Assembly (NCBI GenBank): GCA_041666945.1
Contig: JBAYFY010000004.1
Span: 6,226 to 70,225, forward strand
Direction: 5' to 3'
DNA from: Candidatus Buchananbacteria bacterium
GTDB lineage: Bacteria; Patescibacteriota; Patescibacteriia; 2-01-FULL-39-33
Length of the DNA: 64,000 bases
A program made the translations under genes and the position numbers. A model generated the notes under the pieces. The model saw only the letters and a program-made list of their open reading frames with translations. It did not search any database and was not told the DNA's origin. Below are positions 58,176-64,000 of this stretch, one piece after another (the stretch's first letter is position 1; each line of letters opens with the position of its first letter).

Positions 58176-58210
58176 AAACCGACCCGGTCAGCCGAGTCGG
58201 TTTTATATTT
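58176..58210 (+). terminator. Rho-independent terminator of nusA
   Basis: aaaccgac-loop-gtcggttt followed by ttatattt. Confidence 0.65.
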
Positions 58211-58301
58211 GATAATCTATTGACAAGACAACCCGTATTTGTTAAGCTTAATTATCTATTGATTTATGATAGAACTTTAGCAACCTTGGAAAGGAGGTAA
58301 A

Positions 58302-59072
58302 ATGCCCGTTCCTTATATCAGCATCACTGGTTTTACTAACCGTCAACAAGCCGAGGCAATGTCTATAGTAATTGAGCGCGCCGGCGCGGAAACGCCTTTG
58401 CCGCATCATTTGGGCGTAGGAGTCATGACGAGCCATAAGTTATTACGCGGCTTGCCGACCCGTTACGCCGAAGTTTTTCCGAAAAAATCAGACATCAGCA
58501 AAATCTTCATTCCTCATCCTTTGGCTTTCAACACCTTGCACTTTGCCGATTATGAAGCTTACTCCTGGGATGAGACGACCAGGGATTTTGAGGAAGCTTT
58601 ATTTTGGGGCGAACCGTATATGCAAGCCCTGCAGCTTGACATGATTTGGCCCGATTATGAGGTAGTCAGTAATTTTAAAAGGATCTACCCCCGGATAAGC
58701 ATCATCTTGCAAATTGGCGCTTACGCCTTCAAAGAAGTGGAAGAACAACCCGATAAGCTGCTGGAGAGATTGAAGTTATACGGCTCGGCCCTTGATTATG
58801 TCTTATTGGACAAAAGCATGGGCCAAGGCAAATTGATGTCCGTTCAATTTTTAGAACCGTTCTTGGATAAATTATCTGAGCAACGTCCCGATCTGGGATT
58901 GGTGGTGGCCGGCGGTCTGGGACCGGAAACAATAGGAGTAATTGAATCGCTGATTAAAAAATATCCCAAACTAAGCATTGATGCTCAAGGACGGCTACTT
59001 GATTGGCAAATGGCCAAAAGCTATCTGGAACAAGCCATACACCTGTTTCAATCAGTGAATAACAGTGAATAA
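58302..59072 (+). CDS. TIM-barrel protein resembling phosphoribosylanthranilate isomerase (TrpF-like)
   Basis: N-term ISITGFT, LLDKSMGQGK, LVVAGGLGPETIGVI, LSIDAQGRL align to TrpF landmarks; no other trp genes in window. Confidence 0.5.
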   Translation: MPVPYISITGFTNRQQAEAMSIVIERAGAETPLPHHLGVGVMTSHKLLRGLPTRYAEVFPKKSDISKIFIPHPLAFNTLHFADYEAYSWDETTRDFEEALFWGEPYMQALQLDMIWPDYEVVSNFKRIYPRISIILQIGAYAFKEVEEQPDKLLERLKLYGSALDYVLLDKSMGQGKLMSVQFLEPFLDKLSEQRPDLGLVVAGGLGPETIGVIESLIKKYPKLSIDAQGRLLDWQMAKSYLEQAIHLFQSVNNSE

Positions 59073-59084
59073 TTGGCACAAACA

Positions 59085-59120
59085 GACCTGTCGAAAAATT
59101 TCGACAGGTCTTTAAATTTC
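59085..59120. terminator. Bidirectional hairpin terminator (gacctgtcgaaa..tttcgacaggtc) between convergent genes
   Basis: 12-bp inverted repeat followed by tttaaatttc. Confidence 0.6.
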
Positions 59121-61623
59121 ACTGGCTGTTTTTTGCTCTTAATTTATACCCCAGCCAACCGCTAAACGCAATGAAAAATATTATGACGGCTACGGCATAA
59201 CTCAAAGGCGAACCGAGAAACGGCGCCTTATCTCCGACTTCATAAGCGCCTTTGACCTGGCCGCTAATTGCTGTGATATCCTTGGCGCTGCGCGGCAGAA
59301 GCCGGGCGCCTGAAGCGGTCAGCGAAGCAATGCCAACGACCGTAACTTTATCGCCCGCATGCCAATTGATTTCCTTGGTGTCAATCCGATTTTTAAGATA
59401 TACCTTAACTTCGCCGCTGCCGTCGTCAACAAACGCATTGCGGCCTTTAATCTCTAACAGTTCACCGGAAATCTTTACGAGTGATCCGATATTATCTTCC
59501 AACTCAATCGCGCTGATTTCCTGCGGTTGCGGTTCGGCTTCGCTGGACAAATATTTGATGTCGTCGCGGGTTTTTATCTTTATTCTTCTCTCGCCGGCGG
59601 TCTCCGATATCTCTCCGACAACCTCTATCCGATCGCCGACTTTAAGTTCGGGAAAATCTTTTTTATTGCAATATACCTGAATGCCGGAGCCGGCCAAATA
59701 GAAGATCTGCGTGCCCAACACTCCCGGTTCTACCGACACTACGCCACTGACTCTGACTTTGTCACCCACGGCCAAATTCTTCAGCTCTTCCATGCTGACC
59801 GCATGGATTGCTCCGGAACTGCCGGCGGCTTTTTTGATCGCCGCCGCTTTAATGGTGTTTAAAACCTCAACCGTCTGTTCCCGGTCCAGGCCATCGCCGG
59901 GAAAAATATTTTCCGCTCCCGGCGTCGGTTGTTCCGTCCACAGCCATTCGCCTTTAGCGGTTCTGGCATAAGCCAAACCCTCGCTCTGCTTGGCCGTATA
60001 ACTCACACGATCCAATAATTCTCCCAGCGGCGAAAACAAGTTGGCCGTTTCAAAACCAGTATCATTTAAAGCGATGGACGTGGATGCCCGCTTGATGGCG
60101 ATTAATTCCTGGGGCAATAACGGCAGAGTTGAGGAAGCGGCGCGCAAATAATGCTTCTTGTTGGTATTGTCCGTCAAATAAAAACCGTTTAAATCAATCG
60201 TGGTGGTGGAGATGTTTTTTAATTCTATAAACTCGTCATTGGCGCCCGTGGCCGGATGAGGGAATAACTCGTTAATAATTAATTTGCCGTAATAATCTCC
60301 GGCGGCGATAACGGCGGTGGAGGTGGTTGAACTGGCGGTTTCAATGCTAACCGGTTGATAATCGGAGGGAGATGAACCGCCGCCGGTTGAACCGCCGGAA
60401 ACCGGCTTGGGCGTAATGACATTTATCGCGCCTTTGGTCGGCGTGATGGTTTCTTCAAAAATACCGCTGCTGTTGCGCGCCCAGGCCTCGCCTTTCTTAT
60501 TGGAATAATCGCCGTAAACGGTTTGATCAAAAATTTTATCGGCCAAACTCAAGACGATGGTGTCGCCGTCATTATTCAAATTGCCGGCAATATTTTCCAC
60601 CGCCAAATATTGGCCGGGAGAAATTTCACCACTTAAAGTGGTGGTAACGAATTTATCGCCGTCAATATTAAGCAACAACAATTCGGATAAATCCCGGGTG
60701 GAAGTGGCGGTATTAAACAATTCTATCCATTCCTCTTCGCCGGCATCGGGAGCGGGGTAAATTTCATTGATGACCACATCGCCGATTTGCGGCTTTAGCG
60801 CCAAAGTGGTGGTGGGCGTAGAGGTGGGCGTCGTGGTGCCGACGGGGTCGGTGATGAATAAATTCAAAATCGCGGGGGAAGAGGTGGCTCCTTCGCTGTC
60901 CACCACGTAATAGTTGACCGCATAAGTCCCGGATGCCGGAAAACTTTGGCTGACATTAACGCCGTGCCTGGTTAATTGCTGGCCGAAATCCCAAAGCCAG
61001 TCAATTAAGGCATTTCCGTCCGGGTCGGTGGAACCGCCGTCGGAAAATTCTATTTCCTCTCCCGTTTCGGCTGCGGTTTTGGTCGAGGTGGCCACAGCCA
61101 CGGGCGGTTGATTGGGCAGGGTTAAATCCAACCTGACATTATTTACGCCAACGCCATGCCGAGAATCAACATCAACGCTGCCACGGAAACGCAATTGCAG
61201 ATTGCTGCCGCAAAACAGGGTTACGGGAGTGGAAGAAATAAAAGCCGTGGTTAACGCTTGAAATGATTGCAAAGTCCGCCACTCGCTGCCAGCGACCGAA
61301 CTTTCCAAATATAACATATCACTGGTGCCGGTGGCGCTTGAATAATATCTTTTGTAATCAAAGCTGATAGCAGCAGTCGTACAACGGCTCAAGTCGATCA
61401 TGCCAGTTGCTAAAACCGACTCGGGATTGTTAAAAATCCAATAATCGCCATTGTCATTTACGGTCTGTTGCCAATCGCCGGCCGAGCAGCTGCCGTTAAC
61501 GCAATTGGTGAAAGCCAGCTGATTGCCGGCCGCGCGAGACACTTCGCCTGAAAGCAAAATAAAAAATCCGGCGGTTGCAACGGCCGCCAGAAATATCAAA
61601 TAAAAAAAGATCGCCCTCCTCAT
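59119..61623 (-). CDS. Membrane-anchored extracellular protein (834 aa) with signal/TM N-term, PKD-like domain, two lamin-tail (LTD) domains, OB-fold-like C-terminal repeats and C-terminal TM
   Basis: WLWDFGQQ PKD motif; VVINEIYPAPDAGEEEWIELFN and LIINELFPHPATGANDEFIELKN LTD signatures; C-terminal VAVIIFFIAFSGWLGYKLRAK. Confidence 0.75.
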   Translation of the reverse strand: MRRAIFFYLIFLAAVATAGFFILLSGEVSRAAGNQLAFTNCVNGSCSAGDWQQTVNDNGDYWIFNNPESVLATGMIDLSRCTTAAISFDYKRYYSSATGTSDMLYLESSVAGSEWRTLQSFQALTTAFISSTPVTLFCGSNLQLRFRGSVDVDSRHGVGVNNVRLDLTLPNQPPVAVATSTKTAAETGEEIEFSDGGSTDPDGNALIDWLWDFGQQLTRHGVNVSQSFPASGTYAVNYYVVDSEGATSSPAILNLFITDPVGTTTPTSTPTTTLALKPQIGDVVINEIYPAPDAGEEEWIELFNTATSTRDLSELLLLNIDGDKFVTTTLSGEISPGQYLAVENIAGNLNNDGDTIVLSLADKIFDQTVYGDYSNKKGEAWARNSSGIFEETITPTKGAINVITPKPVSGGSTGGGSSPSDYQPVSIETASSTTSTAVIAAGDYYGKLIINELFPHPATGANDEFIELKNISTTTIDLNGFYLTDNTNKKHYLRAASSTLPLLPQELIAIKRASTSIALNDTGFETANLFSPLGELLDRVSYTAKQSEGLAYARTAKGEWLWTEQPTPGAENIFPGDGLDREQTVEVLNTIKAAAIKKAAGSSGAIHAVSMEELKNLAVGDKVRVSGVVSVEPGVLGTQIFYLAGSGIQVYCNKKDFPELKVGDRIEVVGEISETAGERRIKIKTRDDIKYLSSEAEPQPQEISAIELEDNIGSLVKISGELLEIKGRNAFVDDGSGEVKVYLKNRIDTKEINWHAGDKVTVVGIASLTASGARLLPRSAKDITAISGQVKGAYEVGDKAPFLGSPLSYAVAVIIFFIAFSGWLGYKLRAKNSQ

Positions 61624-61670
61624 AACTATTATAAATTAATTATAAATTTTTTAAATCTTTCTTTTGACTT

Positions 61671-62099
61671 TCGTCATCCCCTTACTGCTTTGTCATCCCC
61701 GCGCAGGCGGGGATCCATAATTTATAGCGATTTACTGCTCCGTCATCCCCGCGAAGGCGGGGATCCAGTTTCCGTCATCCCCGCGCAGGCGGGGATCCAG
61801 TTTCCGTCATCCCCGCGCAGGCGGGGATCCAGAACCTATAGCAACTTACTGCTTCGTCATCCCCGCGCAGGCGGGGATCCAGTTTTCGTCATCCCCGCGC
61901 AGGCGGGGATCCAGTTTTCGTCATCCCCGCGCAGGCGGGGATCCAGAACCTATAGCAACTTACTGCTTCGTCATCCCCGCGTAGGCGGGGATCCAGTTTC
62001 CGTCATCCCCGCGCAGGCGGGGATCCAGAGTTTATAGCAATTTACTGCAATGGATTCCCGCCCTTTCCTGCCGGTAGGCAAGGCGCGCGGGAATGACGG
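61671..62099. repeat. Palindromic repeat locus 4: about 10 copies of GTCATCCCCGCGCAGGCGGGGATCCAG separated alternately by 5-nt (tttcc/ttttc) and 23-nt (aacctatagcaacttactgcttc) linkers forming a ~112-bp higher-order repeat, ending in a long nested palindrome
   Basis: Read directly; identical long linker occurs twice so not CRISPR spacers; ORF 61690-62037 is a translation artefact (PRRRGS/HPRAGGDPV repeats). Confidence 0.9.
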
Positions 62100-62177
62100 A
62101 TAAAAACATAATGTTTAAATTATATCACGGACGTTGACTGGCAGGCAATAATCCACTATACTTAAAAGGTATAAAAT

Positions 62178-62942
62178 ATGCCTAAAATTTCCATTATCAT
62201 TCCGACTTTGAATGAAGAAAAAACTTTGCCCGACTTGCTGGAGTCAATTAAAGATCAGGAATTCACCGACTATGAAATCATTATCTCCGACGCCGGCTCT
62301 ACTGACAAAACCATAGAAATCTCCCAGGACTACGGCTGTCGCATTGTCAAGGGCGGCATGCCGGCCGTCGGACGCAATCATGGCGCGGCGATTGCCGCCG
62401 GCGAGTGGCTGTTGTTTTTGGATGCCGATGTATTCTTGTCCGGCAAATTCTTAAAATTTCTGATTGAAGAAGCCGAGGAAAAAAAAGCTGACGTCGCTTC
62501 CTGCGCCGTCATCCCTTTAAGCGATAAAATTATTGACGCTATTTTGCACGATATGGCTAACGCCTACATCCAGCTGACCCAATATTTTTATCCGCACGCT
62601 CCGGGCTTTTGCATTTTCATTAAAAAATCATTGTATGACCGCAGCGGCGGTTTTGACGAGTCGCTCAAGCTGGCCGAGGATCACGAATACATCAAACGCG
62701 TTAAAAAACACGGCGTCTATAAAATACTCAAACGTCCTAAAATATATGTCTCTGTCCGCCGCTTGGAAACAGACGGGAGATTTAACGTTGCGGCCAAGTA
62801 TGTGGCTTGCGAAGTATACCGGGCGCTGTTAGGCGAAATCAGGACTGATATTTTTAAATATAAATTCGGCCACCATTACGCCCAATTGCCCAAGGGCAAA
62901 AAAATGCGGGAAAAAATCCTGGAATTCATCAGTAAATTGTAA
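62178..62942 (+). CDS. Family 2 glycosyltransferase
   Basis: ISIIIPTLNEE, DYEIIISDAGSTD, LFLDADV GT-A motifs. Confidence 0.8.
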   Translation: MPKISIIIPTLNEEKTLPDLLESIKDQEFTDYEIIISDAGSTDKTIEISQDYGCRIVKGGMPAVGRNHGAAIAAGEWLLFLDADVFLSGKFLKFLIEEAEEKKADVASCAVIPLSDKIIDAILHDMANAYIQLTQYFYPHAPGFCIFIKKSLYDRSGGFDESLKLAEDHEYIKRVKKHGVYKILKRPKIYVSVRRLETDGRFNVAAKYVACEVYRALLGEIRTDIFKYKFGHHYAQLPKGKKMREKILEFISKL

Positions 62943-62972
62943 TTAAAATCCTCGCTCTGTGGCGAGGATTTT

Positions 62973-63518
62973 TTAATTCTTGCGGCTATAAACAGCCGTT
63001 AATTCTCCCGAATCAATTAAGGCGCCGCTAATGGCCTCGTCAACCTGCCGGCGATCGGGAGTGTTAGAAAAATCTAACATTTTGTCCAGAGCGTAAACAT
63101 GAAAGACATAACGATGGCTGCCGGAGGGCGGGCAGGGCGGAAAGTAGGACTGCTTCCGCCCGCTATTATTGCCAACTTTGGCTTCTGCCGGCAAGCTGTT
63201 TTCCTTAATTATCGCCGTATCGGGACTTAAATTATACACTAACCAATGAGTAAAAGTGCCGGCCGGCGCATCCGGATCATCCAGAATAACAGCCAAACTC
63301 TTAGACCCCTCGGGAACGTTTGAAATATGAAGTTCCGGACTGACGCCTTCGCCGTCGCAAGTGAATATTGACGGCAAAACATCGCCCGCTTCAAATTGCG
63401 GTGAAGTGACTTTAATCATATGTTTTAAATTAGTTGTTGAAACATCTGCCAGCTTAATGCCAATAGCACAGCCGGTCAAAAACAAAATAAATACCGATAA
63501 TATTACGGCTTTTCTCAT
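62973..63518 (-). CDS. YbhB/YbcL-family (PEBP/RKIP-like) lipoprotein
   Basis: Lipobox LFLTGC; DDPDAPAGTFTHW and HRYVFHVYALD PEBP motifs. Confidence 0.8.
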   Translation of the reverse strand: MRKAVILSVFILFLTGCAIGIKLADVSTTNLKHMIKVTSPQFEAGDVLPSIFTCDGEGVSPELHISNVPEGSKSLAVILDDPDAPAGTFTHWLVYNLSPDTAIIKENSLPAEAKVGNNSGRKQSYFPPCPPSGSHRYVFHVYALDKMLDFSNTPDRRQVDEAISGALIDSGELTAVYSRKN

Positions 63519-63547
63519 ATAGAATAATTATAGCACCAAAATTTTTC

Positions 63548-63586
63548 CATATAAACAATAAAAGACGATCGGAAGACCGTCTTTTA
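63548..63586 (-). terminator. Hairpin terminator downstream of 63602-63799
   Basis: aagacg-loop-cgtctt with T-rich tail on minus strand. Confidence 0.45.
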
Positions 63587-63601
63587 TTGTTTAACTAATA
63601 C

Positions 63602-63799
63602 TTAGGCTGATTCTATTTCCTCTGCCAATTTTCTCAATACATCTAAAATCTTTGGTTTGAGCTCTGTTTTTATATCCTCAGGTAAACTCTTAACATAACT
63701 GGCTAAGGTTTCTGGTTGTATATACCCATTTTCTGACCCCACCACAACTCGCATAGCCTCATCGGCCTTACTTTCTTGTCGTGATTCAAATTTTTCCAT
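63602..63799 (-). CDS. Small acidic hypothetical protein (65 aa)
   Basis: ORF only; no clear SD; immediately downstream of tRNA-Ala. Confidence 0.35.
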   Translation of the reverse strand: MEKFESRQESKADEAMRVVVGSENGYIQPETLASYVKSLPEDIKTELKPKILDVLRKLAEEIESA

Positions 63800-63823
63800 A
63801 TTATTTTTATTAAATTAAATTTA

Positions 63824-63897
63824 TGGACCCGAGCAGAGTCGAACTGCTGACCTCCGCATTGCAAATGCGGCGTTCTAACCAACTGAACTACGGGCCC
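63824..63897 (-). tRNA. tRNA-Ala (anticodon TGC)
   Basis: GGGCCCGTAGTTCAGTTGGTTAGAACGCCGCATTTGCAATGCGGAGGTCAGCAGTTCGACTCTGCTCGGGTCCA; G3:U70 Ala identity pair; anticodon loop TTTGCAA. Confidence 0.9.
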
Positions 63898-63912
63898 TTG
63901 TATTGTTTTGCT

Positions 63913-64000
63913 ATTTTAGACCTTTAACCACCGGCGAAAAAAACCAAGCGAGTAAATTATAAATCAAATCCGTGGCGATTAAGGCGCCGACAAACATCAC
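63913..64000 (-). CDS. Possible 3' end of a membrane-protein gene continuing beyond the window
   Basis: Reverse translation ...VMFVGALIATDLIYNLLAWFFSPVVKGLK-stop; partial, frame unverifiable. Confidence 0.25.

Noticed and set aside
61690-62037. 115-aa + strand ORF (MSSPRRRGS...HPRAGGDPV repeats)
   Set aside because: Lies entirely within the tandem palindromic repeat array; the amino-acid periodicity mirrors the DNA repeat; no RBS. Translation artefact.

Overview
This is a 64 kb, roughly 50% GC, gene-dense bacterial fragment. The gene content (many short hypothetical membrane proteins, giant secreted surface proteins, a reduced housekeeping set) is reminiscent of a Patescibacteria/CPR-like genome; that is inference, not a search result.

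Clear housekeeping genes:
- Translation and RNA modification: rlmN, rpsT, tyrS, rsmE, queA, nusA, tig.
- Thioredoxin system: trxB-trxA.
- Central metabolism: glyA, ppsA, pyk.
- Other: lspA, ruvB.
- A heat-shock locus with a textbook sigma70 promoter and CIRCE operator in front of hrcA, followed by grpE, hsp20, dnaK and dnaJ, then a PrmA-position methyltransferase.
- Two tRNAs: tRNA-Leu(TAG) and tRNA-Ala(TGC).

Accessory or unusual content:
1. A six-gene co-directional NAD-related cluster at 22243-28118: a divergent Prs-like PRPP-synthetase homolog, a nucleoside deoxyribosyltransferase/DNPH1-like N-glycosidase fold, a histidine phosphatase, a eukaryotic-type NAPRT/NAMPT-like phosphoribosyltransferase, a Nudix hydrolase and an NadD/NMNAT-like adenylyltransferase. 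This could be housekeeping NAD salvage or a phage-type NAD+ reconstitution (NARP)-like module.
2. A roughly 9 kb minus-strand surface-protein operon at 9118-18201: a DUF916-like C-terminally anchored protein, a secreted beta-rich protein, an 821-aa FN3/PT-repeat protein, and a 1588-aa giant protein with an LVIVD beta-propeller and an internal peptidase-S74-like intramolecular-chaperone autoproteolysis domain.
3. A GC-rich palindromic repeat family (core GTCATCCCCGCGCAGGCGGGGATCC plus a longer nested-palindrome variant) in tandem and higher-order arrays at four intergenic loci. It looks CRISPR-like but is not CRISPR, and it generates a spurious 115-aa ORF.
4. Heptamer (TTACTTA)n microsatellite-like tracts at three sites.
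5. Two hairpin-dense intergenic regions that may encode structured RNAs.
6. An unannotated 40-aa lysine-rich ORF with a perfect promoter and Shine-Dalgarno sequence.
7. A membrane-anchored LTD+PKD-domain surface protein.
8. A secreted protein carrying four or five tandem 6-Cys modules.

All product calls rest on motif recognition in the supplied translations; no database search was possible.
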